From: the human T2T-CHM13v2.0 reference genome, Homo sapiens | Assembly: GCF_009914755.1 (NCBI RefSeq) | Contig: NC_060938.1 | DNA length: 64,000 nucleotides | Reading direction: 5' to 3' (one strand) | Shown: positions 26,742-51,503 of the stretch, one piece after another | Layout of the letters: each line of letters starts with the position of its first letter | Position numbering within the stretch: position 1 is the stretch's first letter | Notes under the pieces: model-generated | What the model was told of the DNA's origin: nothing | The model's input: the letters and a program-made list of their open reading frames with translations, nothing else | The model's database searches: none | Position numbers and translations under genes: made by a program

Positions 26742-27125
26742 TTCTGTAAGCCGGCAGGGAGGGTCTCCAGGAATTGTAAGAATTTAATCAACTTGAGCAA
26801 TCAGCCTGTTTTACAAGCTTGCTGGTGGGAACCAGCTCCTGGCATAACCCAGCAACTTACAGACAAACTGGCATGAACATTCCTCATTATCATGCTAAAG
26901 TCTCCACCCAAGGAGGAGGCTCATTACCATAACATGTGAACTATGTGCTGGCAGAATCACTCACTGTGTATGGGCAACTGGGACTCCTCCTCTACAAGTG
27001 ATGATACACCCTCTGCCCTCTCCATCACCACATAGAATGTTCTTCTCACTTTCCATCAGGAAGACACTGCTTTGGAGAATACTCCCAGTGGGCTTCTTAC
27101 TTGAACCAAGTAACAAAACTTATTT
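26742..27125 (+). mobile_element. Probable ERV1 solo LTR; paralogue at ~55279-55670
   Basis: LTR-like phrases (gagcaatcagcctgttttac, acactgctttggagaatactccca, aagtaacaaaact). Confidence 0.45.
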
Positions 27126-27590
27126 ATCAAAATGTACATTCTCATAGAGAGTCTTTGTTACTCACCAGGGAAACAAGCCCTGGTTTTTTCAGCTACCAGC
27201 TCTAACATATTCTGTAAAGTCCAGCACAGAAGGAAGGTTAATTCACAATGCTATTGCTTTCATTTTATTTCACTTTTTAATAATTGGGTACATATCAGGG
27301 CAGATGTCTTTAGGTGGGGGTTGAATGGAAGGTCAAGGAGACAAATCATCAACCTTGGAAAGATATTCTTGCAGAGATTATGACTACACTTGGGATTCAT
27401 GAATATGAGACCCCACCAGCAAAGTAGCCTGCAATGTTCAAGGATATCCAAGTAGATCAAGCATTTTAATGAGAAAACGACAGGCTTTGTCTTTCAAGAT
27501 GTCCATGAATTGACTTTCCAAAAGGGAAAGAAGGACCCATTTTCAGGGCAGAAGAGAGAAGAGGAGAGGGGTTTAGGCTAAACATTGTAA

Positions 27591-28050
<460 letters not shown>

Positions 28051-28467
28051 TGATACTCTCATTTTATGAGCTGTGTTTCCACTCTGATTACATAAGGAAG
28101 TGAGGCAATTAGTAGGGATAGGAGCATAGAAATTCTGTCTACATTCCTATTTCAAATTACCTATGAAAAACAGACTTGTTTCTAAACTAAAACTGGATTT
28201 TGGTTAATAAATGTTTTTCTTTATTAAAATGCATTAGACTTATGACAGAGTTGTCACTTTTGTCTCACGTCTGATCTACAATGATTTCAAAAGAAGATCA
28301 ATTGACTACTTCAAAATTCTCATTGTTTCAAAGATATTATGGATGTAAAACTGGGTGATCTGAGATAATTTAGCATATAGGGCCAGCCAGGTTACCCAAA
28401 TGAATATCTGGGAAACTGAGTACATTACATGCTTATCACACATCTCCACTGATTTAGAAAATATGAC

Positions 28468-28985
28468 TGTATTAGTCAGAGTCATCAAGAGAAACATTGC
28501 AGATGTAGGTAGAAAGAGACAGACAGAAATATAGATACAGAAGGATTTATCATGAGAAATTGGCTCAGGCAATTATGGAGTCGGTGAAGTCCCACAATCT
28601 GCTTTCTGCAAGCTGGCAGACCCAGAAAAGCCAGTGGTATAATTCGGTTCAAGTCCTAACGCCTGAAAAACAAGGGAGCCGATGACATAGATGTCAACCC
28701 AAGTGTGGGAACGATGACACAAGATGTCCTAGCTTAGGAAGTGAGGCAAGAAAAATGATGAATTCCTCCTTTCTCCACTTTTCATTCTATTCTGGCCCTT
28801 AACAGATTGGATGATCCCCATCCAGACTAGCAATGCAAACTACTTTACTTAATCAACCAATTCAGCTGCTAGTCTTATAGAAACACCCTCTCAGACACAC
28901 CCAGAAATCATTAATTATTTAATTAATTATTAATCTGGGCACCCACAGGCCCAGGCAACTTGAAATATAAAATTCACCATCATGA
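28468..28985 (-). mobile_element. MLT2-type (ERVL) LTR; paralogue at ~56966-57465
   Basis: tgtattagtcag...gaaattggctca.gcaattatggag...aagtcccacaatctgc...aaacaccctc.cagacacacccagaaat. Confidence 0.7.
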
Positions 28986-29786
28986 TGACCTATGGTTTCC
29001 CAGGTGCACCAGTAGATGTTACCAAAATGGCACCACCAGCCAGAACCCACATACATTCACCAGGTCAGTGCACTTCTCAATTCGCCGGAGATTCATTTTC
29101 TTCTGTGACATCACGTTCACCTGGAGTGGAGCCAAGAACCAGGCCACAGCTAATAATGAGAAAGAAAGGATTCTTTATTTGCTTTTTTACAAATGAGAGA
29201 AAAATTTGCCAAAATCCTTTGGTAATAAGTAGTTATCTCAAAGACAAAGAGACTCAAAATGAAAATGAAAAAAGTCAGTTACCCTTCCCACTGCCCATGT
29301 TCTTCCTCCACATATAAAAATAGGTATTAAGTTCACCCTTTCTGGTATTAAGGACTAGAGTCTAACCCAATAACTCTGAATCTGAGTGTGCAGATGTTAC
29401 CAGATTTTTCATTACAGAAAATGACAGAGACGTTCTTCCACTACAGTAGCTATTTTGTGGTGACAACTTTTACTTTCCCAGGATTCTTCGGTTAAGTGAC
29501 ACACACGGGCAACTGGAAGTATTTACTGTTTTCACCCACAGCTTCCACACTTCACAGATGTGCAGGAGCTTCAGTACAGCAGTTCCTAGGAACATGGATA
29601 GGACATGCGTGACTTGTTAACCACAATGCAATAGCAAATATATGGGGTTCGGTGTTGGTCTTTCATTCGGAATATACAGTTCAGAATTGTTTAAAATAGT
29701 ACATTTAGAAACAAATAATATATCCTGCTGAACTGGTTAAATTGGATTGTATATCTTTACAATGGAATTTTATGCAGCATTCTTTT

Positions 29787-30124
29787 AAAATTATACTTTA
29801 ATTTCTAGGGTACATGTGCACAACGTGCAGGTTTGTTACATATGCATACATGCGCCATATTGGTGTGCTGCACTCATTAACTCGACATTTACATTAGGTA
29901 TATCTCCTAATGCTATCCCTCCCCTCTCCCGCCAGCCCACGACAGGCCCCCGGTGGTGATGTTCCCCTTCCTGTGTTCAAGTGTTCTTATTGTTCAATTC
30001 CCACCTATGAGTGAGAACATGCGGTGTTTGGTTTTTTGTCCTTGGGATAGTTTGCTGAGAATGATGGTTTCCAGTTTCATCCATGTCCCTACAAAGGACA
30101 TGAACTCATCCTTTTTTATGGCTG
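29787..30124 (-). mobile_element. L1PA 3' end stub, specific to unit A
   Basis: ttatactttaatttctagggtacatgtgcacaacgtgcagg...; target site duplication ttat(g/a)cagcatt(c/t)tttt; empty site at ~58252-58270. Confidence 0.9.
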
Positions 30125-30231
30125 TTATACAGCATTTTTTTAATGCAAAAAAGTACGGTTGATCCCTTGCTACTGGCATGGAATATTACCAAAATATATT
30201 GTTAATGAGAAAGAGGAATGCTGTAGGCCAC

Positions 30232-33220
<2,989 letters not shown>

Positions 33221-34348
33221 ACACTATATATAGCATATTACTGTCTGACAGGGAAAAAAGAGGAATTAACACAGAAATCTATGAAAATGAGAAAAAGCCT
33301 TATACGTATTATTCATATATGCTTAGACTCAGCATATGCATTATAGAAAGGGTACTAAAAAACTGAATAATTATTCTTCCTAGAATACAAATCTAGCTTC
33401 CATAAAGAAAGGTAAATGAAGACATCCTTTTCACTAGATACCATTTTTAATTATTGAATTTACATTTTCACCATATGAATGTATATGCATTCTATATATG
33501 CACTTACATACGTATGCACGTACTTATGTGCATATATCTATATATGTAGAGATGTATACATTTGTTAACCACAGACTCCCTACTACTAGAACATTCAAAC
33601 AAAGGAGATGTAATCAAGTAAAACTAAAAGAACCATAACAAGGCAGCACTGGATGACCTGGAAGGCTGAGGGTCACTCAGCTCGCCACCCCTCACCCCCC
33701 AGCTGGGAATCAGAGAGTGATGGAGCTATCCCTCACTCCACCTCCTGCTCTCTTCCTTCTGCAGTCCAGCCACCTGGTCACAGAGTGAGGCTCTAAACTG
33801 GCCCGTATTACATGTGTCTGTCCCTCCCCTTCTCACCTCGGAGGAAGAGTGTGACTATCCCAAGTCAGCACGTAGAGTGAGACAGAGCGTGAGACCTGCT
33901 AGCTGAGGAACCGTAAGAACCTTGTGCTTTGAAAGCCGATCTGCTTTGTGATATTGAAATCCTCCGAGTCCATTCTCTCATTATTACAGGAAAGGTGTGT
34001 AAAATATCCAGGTCATGTCACTACAGGACAAAAGCTCTGGATGTTCAGCCATAATCAAAGCTCTTGAGATCCAGCAATTTCCTTGAACAATTTTTCTACC
34101 ACACACACTTCTCAAAATATAGTGCATACCCATATTTAGGATTGTGGTAGAGGGCCATTACATGATCTTGACTGTATCAATAAAAGTCTCAGGGCAAAAC
34201 TCTGGGGGATTCATGCAGATGGCCTACCATTTGGATGTGGAATCTGAGCAAATCATCCTAACATTCTGCTACCCATCTCCAAAAATGGGCTTCAATAAAA
34301 TGGCTATCTCAGACACTTTGCAATCTATGAGTCTGCAATGAAGAATGA

Positions 34349-34382
<34 letters not shown>
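34349..34382 (+). repeat. (TG)n microsatellite; paralogue at 62485-62532
   Basis: Perfect TG run. Confidence 0.95.
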
Positions 34383-34385
<3 letters not shown>

Positions 34386-35654
34386 AAAGAGGCATATATG
34401 TGGTTTACTTGGTTTATGTATATGAGTTACTTGATTACTTATAAGGGAGTATTCTGAATAATGGATTAATTGAATAAATGAAATATAATTACACCATGTA
34501 CAAAACTTTACATAGTTTTTTCTGCTTGATCATTATTCCTGTAAGTCTCCATAGTAATATCTAATTGTATTTTTAGTGAAGAAGCTATTTTGGTCTGACC
34601 TTCAAAACTGTCTTTGCATTTGGGTAGGACAAAAGACTAGCAAAAAAAAGCCTGAGGGATTATCTTAAGTATTCTTAGGATTTAGTGTTCTTCAGACTAT
34701 CTGGGTTAGCTGACTTGTGAAAAAACTAATAGTTCACTCCTCAGTATTTCTGGAACAGGAAGGATTTTTCCTCATGCCCCCAACTGCCTCTAGCCAAATA
34801 AAAAAGCAAGAGGACAAAATTCTTTAAATATTAAAAGGAAGTTATGGGTAAGCAGTGACATATAGAGACATATAGAGACATATAGATGAGCACGTAGTTC
34901 ATCAATTTTGTCTCCCTGGGATATTCATAATTAATCCCTAATGACTAATAGCCAATCTTCTATAATAATAAACTATATAATCAAATATTATACACAAATT
35001 CATTCATAGTGTTCTCTGCCAGCATGTAAGTGGCACACCTAAAAAACTTCAAACATTAAGTATTTTCCATTTGGATCACATGGGGGAAGTTTTGCACTAT
35101 GGATTCGTGAGCTCCATTCCAGATATACTCACACAGAATGTCTGCACATGGAGCTCAGGATTCTGCATTTCCAATCACATCCTCAAGTAGTTTTCCAACA
35201 ACCTATCTCCAGCCCAACTTTGAGATCCATTTGTTACCAAACATTGACTTCAGAAGCCTTCATGTGCATCGGAAGTAATCTTGGCGTAGGGAAATTCTGA
35301 AGCACAGGAGGCAGCGATACCATTTGCATTATTCCTGAGATGATTCTAGCTACATACACCTATTATCCAGCATTTATGTCTTGATTTGAGGCTTCTATTC
35401 AGTTGACCCTATTGATATCCAAGTGTACACAACTGACCTGTCAGGCTATAGCAACACTCTTCACTTATATGTAGGGAGAATTTGTACAGGGCTTAACTGA
35501 AGCTCATCATGGGGTATGAATTGACTTGGTCTCATTGCTGTAACCCTTGGGTTCAGAAGACACTGAGCAAATGCTTAAAAAACTCTTTTGGGTTAATACA
35601 TGAAGAGATATTAACTCCTCAGATAGCCAAAGAATCAAGGGGAAGGGGTAAAAG

Positions 35655-37190
35655 AGGATGGCCATATAGAAGTATCCATTGATTTCACCCCCACACATAC
35701 CAGCAGAAACACCACATTTAACAACTATCTACACACAAAAAAGGACCTACATAGGAAATAAAAATCAGGTCAACCATCATTGTACCTGATTTTAACTTCG
35801 TATCACTGAAAAAGGCACTGAAGAGATGAGGAAAGACAATTTTGAATCACTGAGGCCACCACTCCCCCATGTCCCAGTAGCTGCCACTGGAGCTGAGACA
35901 GAAACTCAGTGCATGGGGGAGGGAGAGTGCAGCAATTGTGAAAATCTGCATTGAACTCAGTGCTGCCCTGTCACAGCCCACCCACAGAGGGAGCATTCAG
36001 ACCAACCTTAGCCAGAGGGGAATCAATCGCCTATCCAAGCAGTCAGTATGTGAGTTTGGGAAAGCCTTGCCAAAGCAGGCTAAAGTGCTCTGGGGTCCTA
36101 AATGCATTTGAAACTCAATCTAGGCCACAAGAACTACAACTACAAGGCAAGTCCCAGTGCTGTGCTGGGCTCAGAGCCAGTGGACTTGGACACCACTAGT
36201 GTGACACTTGTCAGGGCAGCTAAGGGAGTGCTTGCACAACCACTCCTCCAACCCCAGGCAGCACAGCTCACAGCAGTGAAAGTGACTGCTTCCTTCTGCT
36301 TGAGGAAAGGAGAGGAAAGAGTAACTAGGACATTGTCTTACATCGTAAATGTCAGTTCAGCCACAATAGGATAGGGCACCAGTCAGAGTCATGAAGCCAC
36401 CATTCCAGGCACTCGCTCCTGAAGGACATTTCTAGACACACCCTGCACCAGAAGAAAACCCACTGCCTAGAAGGAAAGGACCCAGTCCTGCCAGGATTCA
36501 TCACCTGCTGACTGAAGAACCCTCAGGCCCTAAATAACCAGCAGCAATACCTAGTAGTACACTCCATGGGCCTTGGGTGAGACTCTGAGATATGCTGGCT
36601 TCAGGAGAGACCCACCATATTCACAGCCATGGTAGTCATGAAGAGAGAATCCTTCTGCTTGAGAAAAGCAGAGGGAAAATAAAGGGGACTCTGTCTTGCA
36701 GCTTAGACAGCAGCTTAGCTACAGCGGGGTAGAGCACCAAGCCAGCTCTTGGAGTCCCCAGTTCCAGATCTTGGCTTTTGGTTGGCATTTCTGGACATGC
36801 CCTGGGTCAGAGGGGAGCCTACTGCCCTGAAGGGTGAGTCCCAGGCCAGGCAGCATTCACCACAAGCTGGCTAAAGAACTCTGGGGCCTTAAGGGAACAC
36901 TGGCATCATCCTGTCAGTATTCCCCTTGAGCCTGCGGTGGAGGTAGCTGCAGGGAGAGGCTCCTCTGCCTGTGGAAGAGTAAGGGAAGAGTGGAAGGACT
37001 CCAGCTCAGCCACAGTAAAACAGAACACCATGTAAACCTCCCAGGTTGTTTACTTCAGTCCCTGGCTCTCAGACAGTACCTCTGGACATGCCTGGGCCTA
37101 GAGGAACTCATCACCCTGAAGGGAAGGACACAAGCCTGGCTGGTATTGCCACCTGCTCTAGGGCCTTGTAGAGCTCTAGGGCCTTGAGTG
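35655..37190 (+). mobile_element. Old L1 5' region (L1PB/L1MA-like), cut at the duplication junction; its paralogue begins at ~63820
   Basis: aacaactatctacacac, tttaacttc.tatcactgaaa, repeated cttctgcttgag.aaag.agagg modules. Confidence 0.55.
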
Positions 37191-38014
37191 AGGCCCTCAC
37201 TTCCAAGAAAGAAATAAACTCTTTTCCACTGCAGCTAAACTGTAAAGCTCATAACACAAGTAGATCCTCTGTGCATATTCACTTCCTTTCCTTCTTACGC
37301 AAGGTGCTACAGTGTGAATCTGAATGTGGCAAGTTCAACACTAAAGTCCTGGAGTGCAGGAAAGTTATGGTAGACTCAGAAATCTGTTCTTCAACATTTA
37401 GACTGTATTTATGATGGCTGAATTTTCTGTCTAGTCACCTATGGTCCTCTACCTGGGCGACAGAGTGAGGCTCCGTCTCAAAAAAAAAAAATAGTTTAGC
37501 ATGCCAAAGTACCATCCTTTGGAGTATAGTGTGCTGAGCCCCAACAAAAGCCATGAGATTAGATATGATCATGAAGAGAGTGCATGAGTCCATAGAAAAG
37601 AAAGAATAGCTAACCCCTAGGAACCTCCACCATCAAGATGCTGGAGAGAAAGGGGAAGAATTAATGAAGCAGACTGAGAACATGAGTCCAGGGACTTAGA
37701 AGAAATGATCAGGAAAGGGTGGGGTGTTGTAACTCAGCACACATCCTTGACAAGACTGTCTGCCTTGAGGGCACCAGGCCTGATCTCACCAGACTTTTCA
37801 TTCTGTTTCTGTCACAAGAAGATCATTCTCAGGTCAGCTTCATCAAGGAGCAGGGAGAAATCAACTCTGTCAAATGCTGCTGAGCATGGAAAGTTAACAC
37901 TGTCAGGGGAGAAATGTCTTACTCCAAGTGCAAACCTTCCCTCATGACCACTGCTGATGGGGTGGAAGAGTCTGGGCAATTCATTGAAGAGGTATCCAAA
38001 TTTCTGGGTCTAAG

Positions 38015-38090
38015 GAAAGACAATCTTACCAGGAGGTGAACAGGAAGAGGGTCCACATGTGAGTCACGTTTTCATCTCAGTGGAGGGAAT
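38015..38090 (-). pseudogene. Duplicate of the RNase-type signal-peptide remnant
   Basis: gaaaacGTGACTCACATGTGGACCCTCTTCCTGTTC on the minus strand. Confidence 0.45.
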
Positions 38091-38269
38091 AAGGCAAAGG
38101 AGAGTAGGGTTTCTGTGTCTCAATGCCCGGAGATATTGTTCTCCTTTTAACCATATCCCAGACCTCAGTACTTCTCACATTTGTCTCCATCTCTCTTTGC
38201 TCCTGTAAGGACCCATCTGAGCAACTCACTTCACCACATCATCCTTCATTCATCTCCATATCACTCTCT

Positions 38270-38284
38270 TTTCTTTTCTTTTTC

Positions 38285-38335
<51 letters not shown>

Positions 38336-38608
38336 AGACTGAGTCTTGTCTTCTCACCCAGGCTGGAGTGCACTGACGTGATCTCGGCTCACTGCAACCT
38401 CCACTTCCCAGATTCAAGCGATTCTCATGTCTCAGTCTCCTGAGTAGCTGGGATTATAGTTGCCCCACATCATGCCCAGCTAATTTTTGTAGAGACAGGG
38501 TTTCAATATGTTGGCCAGGCTGGTCTCGAACTCTTGACTTCGAGTGATCCACCTATCTCGGCCTCCCAAAGTGCTGAGATTACAGGCGTGAGCCACCATG
38601 CCTGGCCG
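38270..38608 (-). mobile_element. Alu, hybrid of the two unit-A Alus at 14490 and 15235
   Basis: Left flank matches 14470-14495, right flank matches 15555 onward. Confidence 0.8.
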
Positions 38609-38806
38609 CAAAAAGATATTTTCTAACATTCAGTTCTATCAATTTGTTTAGTGTGCTTAACAGATGACTCTACCATTACTCTTCCTCAGCTGGAAAGTGA
38701 GGGGTGTGGTATAAATGTCTTTAGGAGTGCCTTACAGCTCAGACTATTTAGAAATCTGATACTCTGGAGCATAGGTATGTGTGTATGCCTGTGTGTGTGT
38801 TTGTGT

Positions 38807-38838
<32 letters not shown>

Positions 38839-40650
38839 AGGAAAAGATGTAAAGGAAATTTGGTTGACATCTGTGCATCATCTGTCTATGTAAATCTGAT
38901 TTTCCTAAATCATTATTAATTTAGGCAGAAAAAAGCATAATTCTCTGAAACAAAATTATTATATACAATTACATCATTATTTTTAAACTATGCAAAAAAA
39001 CATGCCTATAATCGATTTTATTGTAGAGAAGATGTGAGGTCTTGTTATTTAGAACTGTTATTTAATGGAGCAAGATAAAACACTAGCACAAAGACTATGT
39101 GATAATTTCAAGCCCCTGAGAGCTAGATTAGAGGACTAATTTTGTGTTCAGTTTCATGTAGAGCTATAAATTAAACAATTCTACCTTGAAAAATATTTTC
39201 ACAGAAGAATAAAGGATCCAAGGACAGTAGGAAAAAAATGAAGCTCAAGGTGAATGATTTGGCTAAATTCATCAAATTCTGTACAAAAAAGAGACTAAAT
39301 CATGCAGGAACTATATTTTTATCATGAAAATGCTCTAATTATTTGCTAAGACAGTTCCTCAAATTTAGCACCAAATTGATGGAAAATATAATTTTTATGA
39401 TAATCTATTTCCCTTTGTTCTGACTTCACAAGTAAATGCAAGATGTTAAAAGGTGATTTATTCTATCTCAGATTGGGAAGGGTCCCTGAGAAACAGCGGT
39501 CCTATCAAAATGACTTGTCCACCTAAGCAGCACTTGGTCAAAAAGAGATAAAACCCTGAGTTCTATTTCTTATGCCTTCACTTTGAGGAGTAAGGAAAAG
39601 AAACAAGCATACTGTCTTATTGTAAATACCACAGAGAGGATAGTGCAGTAATGGATACTACATTAACACCTTGATGCATAAGACTGATCATCCTTATCAA
39701 GATTTCTTTTTCTTTTTGCAATGTTTTATGCTACATATTTTGTTATTTCATACACACACACACACAAATTACCACATTAAATTTCTCCTACAAACCAATG
39801 TATGTGTTGTTGTTTTTTACAGATTATAAAACAGAGGCATAGAGAGGACGAATAACCGTGCAACTTTTTTTTATTTGTTTGTTTTTTTTAAGAGACAGAG
39901 TGTTGCTCTGTCTCCCAGGCTGGAGGGCAGGGGAATGATATCAGCTCACTGCAGCCTCTGACTCCTGGGTTCAAGAGATCCTCCTACCTCAGCCTCCTGA
40001 GTAGCTGGGATTACAGGTGCAAGTCACCATGCCTGACTAATTTTTGTGTTTTTGGTAGAGATGGGGTTTCATCATGTTGGGCAGGCTGGTTTCGAGCTAC
40101 TCGCCTGAAGTGATCCCTCTGTCTAGGCCTCCCAAAGTGCTGGGATTACAGGCTTGAGCCACCACGCTTGGCCCTGGACTACTGTTATAGTAAGAGTGTC
40201 AAATAGAAAAAGTCAGAGCTGGTATCTGGACAAGACTATACAAAATCTACACCTGACATCACTGTGACACAAAACTTATATAATAACTGCATTTACAGAG
40301 ACACTAACCTATATAATAATTCATTTCCTATAAGCCCTGAAATCTCAGCAAATGCATCTATGTGCTCAAAATGCAATGAGGATGAAGAGAGGTTGATTAA
40401 TGAGTATAAATATAAGAAGTGATATAAGAAATAAGACCTGGGGTTTGATAGATCAGGAGGATGGCTATAGTTAATGATAATCTACTGTACACTTCAAAAT
40501 AGCTTGAAGACCAAAATTCGAATGTTTCTAAAGTAAAGAAAAGTCAAATATTTAAGGTAATGGATATCCCAATTTCCCTGATATAATCTTTACACATTAT
40601 ATGACTGTATTAAATTATCACATGTACCCTGAAAATATGTACCTCTCTTA

Positions 40651-41080
<430 letters not shown>

Positions 41081-41978
41081 ATATTCTAAAAACATGCAGT
41101 GGTACATGAACGCAACTTTCCAATTTATTCGGAAACACACTTTATTTCATCTCTTCTAAGACACACCTCTCCATAATTCCATCTGAGCTCTATTTCCATT
41201 TCTTCCCTTTCCAGAGAGGGAGAGGACTTTATAGTTGAGGAGAAAGAAGAAAGCCTTAGTTCTTTCCTCTTTCATGCCAGAAACTTGATCAAAGATGTCA
41301 GATCTACTTATTCAATGGCTTTCAGAGGAGACATGCAGGAGGCCCCACGCAAGAAGGAAGGCCTAGGGCCACCTTTCTGAGGTTCAAGAGACCAGGAAGA
41401 GCTCAGTACACCAAATATCTTTAGAACTTAGGTAAGTTAAATATTACTTCATTTGCTACAATTTAATTAACCTGCACCATATTATTATGGAAATCTTGTG
41501 TTACTTTTAAAGGCAAAAATCTCAATTACTTTTGCACCAACCTAATAAATAGTGTGCATTGTCTTTCCCATAGATAACCACTGCTGCATTAGGGAAATCT
41601 GTGTGCAGGAAGGTATTGATGGTGTGGTACCTCCCTGTCAGCAGGTTAAGAGCAAATATTTCAAGGGTACCCTGGGGCTGAAGAAATTGCAAGCATTGAA
41701 CACTATATTTTTGCACATAAATGCTATGCAAAAAAGACATTGATCAATGCAGTGTACTCAACAGTGGTTTTTACCATAAATGCAGAATTCTTTGTCTGGG
41801 ACAATATTTTAAAATGTTCATCAGTTTCCCAAAAAAAGACTTAATACTGGGACATAATTCCAACTATTCCTCTCAGTGGAAGTGTGGATCAGGTCTGAAA
41901 ATGTGTCATTAAATTAGGCTGCAAGACAACTTATACTAATAAAATAAAGAGCCCAGGTGTGTTAAAGACAAAATCGTG

Positions 41979-48124
<6,146 letters not shown>

Positions 48125-48521
48125 AAAGACAAACGATCATGCTGAAGTTACAGAGAATTTTGTTTAATGTTGGCTTACACTTTATTTCTGCTTCATATAA
48201 AACATCTTCTCCCAAAGGTCATAAATATCAAAGTAGATCATGTGTACTAGTTCTGCAGATAAATGAAGGTAGTTAGAAATGTACACAGGAAATCTATACA
48301 GGGGAGAATCAGAAAAATCTTATGAGCATGTTCTGAATACAATTTTAGTGATCAGGAGCAGTGTCTCACACCTGTAATCCCATCACTTTGGGAGGCCAAG
48401 TGGGGCAGATCACCTGAGGTCAGGAGTTTGAGACCAGCCTCGCCAACATAGTGAAACCACATCTCTACTAACAATCTGAAAATTAGCCGGATGTTGTGGC
48501 AGATGCCTGTAATCCCAGCTA

Positions 48522-48929
<408 letters not shown>

Positions 48930-50584
48930 TCATGTGATTTTTAAAGATAAGACAGTAATGAAAACTTTTAGTGAACTATTCCAATGTCAAACTTTATCTT
49001 CCAAACCAAACATTATAAATAACACTGTATATGCTGAAAAGAAGCACTGTTTAGCCGAGTACCTGCCCTGGGGCTGCAGTCTATGTCTTTTGCCTCACAC
49101 TATAGACACTTGAGTGCAAGTCTTTCTACCCAGTGTGCCTGTCAGCATCACAGAGGGGATACTCTACGTATCATTCACCTTTACATTCTCATCACCTGCA
49201 AAAATGATCTCCACACAATATACATGAAAAAAGAATTTGCTTCATGATAAAGCTGCTAATGAATGTCGGCCAGAAGAGGACTTCAAGGCAGAGTACTGTT
49301 AGCTGTGCATTGAATCCTCACCTGATGACCATTGTGTCCACATTTACCTAAGGACTCCAGTGATAAAATTATTGCATTTGTAAATGACAGGAAAATTGGA
49401 TGGTATATGATATCATTTAAAGGTCTGATTTCCATTTTCTAATCTAGAAGCTAGACCAGAGATTTAACATCTTTTTGTACCTAGGTCTTACCCCTGCAAT
49501 TCACTTTCCACCTCTGTACAATTTTCCCACATCATCCCCTGTGCCCAGAATGCTCATCTCTTCCCTAAAGTCCCTGAAAACCACCTGCTTTGCCTTTAGG
49601 ACCCTGCTGAAATGAAACTTTTTTTTTTTGAAGTCTTCCTTGTCCCTCAAGCGAAGTGATTTCCTTCACCCTCGGCGTCCCCATGAAACCATGTTCACAC
49701 AAATGCTATTATCTCTATCATACTGTAATACAATTATGTGACTACAATTACTTTCCTGTATATCTCTGAGGTCCAAGAATAAGTCTATGCTTGGTGTATG
49801 AAATTGTACAGTTGACTTCTATACTTTCAGGAATACAGTGCTCTGTCCTTAAATGTTCATTTGTAAATACAGAACCATTTTCTTGTTGATATCACAAGAT
49901 GAAACCTACCAGGAAGATGAATGACAACCCCAGAACACACTGTTTTGTAGAAAATACCATAGGCTGAAAAGATCACAGGAATACCGAGTGCTAGGTTGGA
50001 ATCTTTCATGACACCAAATGTTCATTCATTCTCTGCCAGATTTTACAACTGTCCTCGGTGTGTTTTTAGGTTGTGTAACTTTACACAAAGTGGAAGCAAT
50101 AATCAGGGCAAGACTTAAGAGAAAGTGGATCCAATGCAAGAGGAGTAAAGAAAAAAATCCCTCAAATGTATGGAGCAGATTGTTTTAATTATCTACAGAA
50201 TCTTGTGCCCCAAGAAATTAATAGCTCAAGTTTCCAGCAAGAGTGGTGGATGAGATGGAGAGCATTTATGTGAGAGAGAACCAAGGATATTACTAAAAAT
50301 GGAAGGGAAGCTGGGTTCCTCCTGGGAAAACAGATCTCTGTGGCTCTATTTGTTCTAACTACTATGCCTGCCTTCATGTACTTTGGTCATTTAGGGGCCT
50401 GCCAGAGGACAGTTATAAAATCTGTGGTCATTCTGCCGGCAGCATATAGTTTTCATCCAGAGTCCAGATCCCACCGGCAAAACTCTGTCTAACACAGGAT
50501 GACTTGGAATTAGAGTCCGTATAGCAGAAAGAGCAGCAGGGCTGTCCTTGGGTATCCGTTGCTCAGCCAAGTCATCAAATAAAA

Positions 50585-50720
50585 AGGATGATTGCGCAAG
50601 TGGACCATGTGTCAATCTGTGGGTTTCTGCATGGCCAAGAGCCAGACCCTCCCTCCTGGCTCTGCTGGCCCAACCCACCAAGGGATGCTTTATTTAAATA
50701 GTTCCAAGTAGGGGAGACCA
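50585..50720 (+). promoter_or_regulatory. RNASE2CP: ECRP promoter: C/EBP site ATTGCGCAAG (50591-50600), EDN-type 34-nt GC-rich segment (~50638-50673), TATTTAAA
   Basis: Alignment to 22700-22800 shows 34 extra nt. Confidence 0.75.
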
Positions 50721-50786
50721 GCTGCCCCTGAACCCCAGAACAACCAGCTGGATCAATTCTCATAGGAGCCACAGCGCGGAGACTGT

Positions 50787-51503
<717 letters not shown>

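Noticed and set aside
29380-29640. Plus-strand 'FTVFTHS...QMC/QLC' resembling RNase NTFIH...C
   Set aside because: No leader, no cysteine pattern and no terminal His motif; likely chance
33970-34130. ttacag|GAAAG acceptor followed by 'KALEIQQ' and 'LNNF', reminiscent of RNase 6
   Set aside because: Needs several ad hoc indels and a large deletion; not supportable without a profile search
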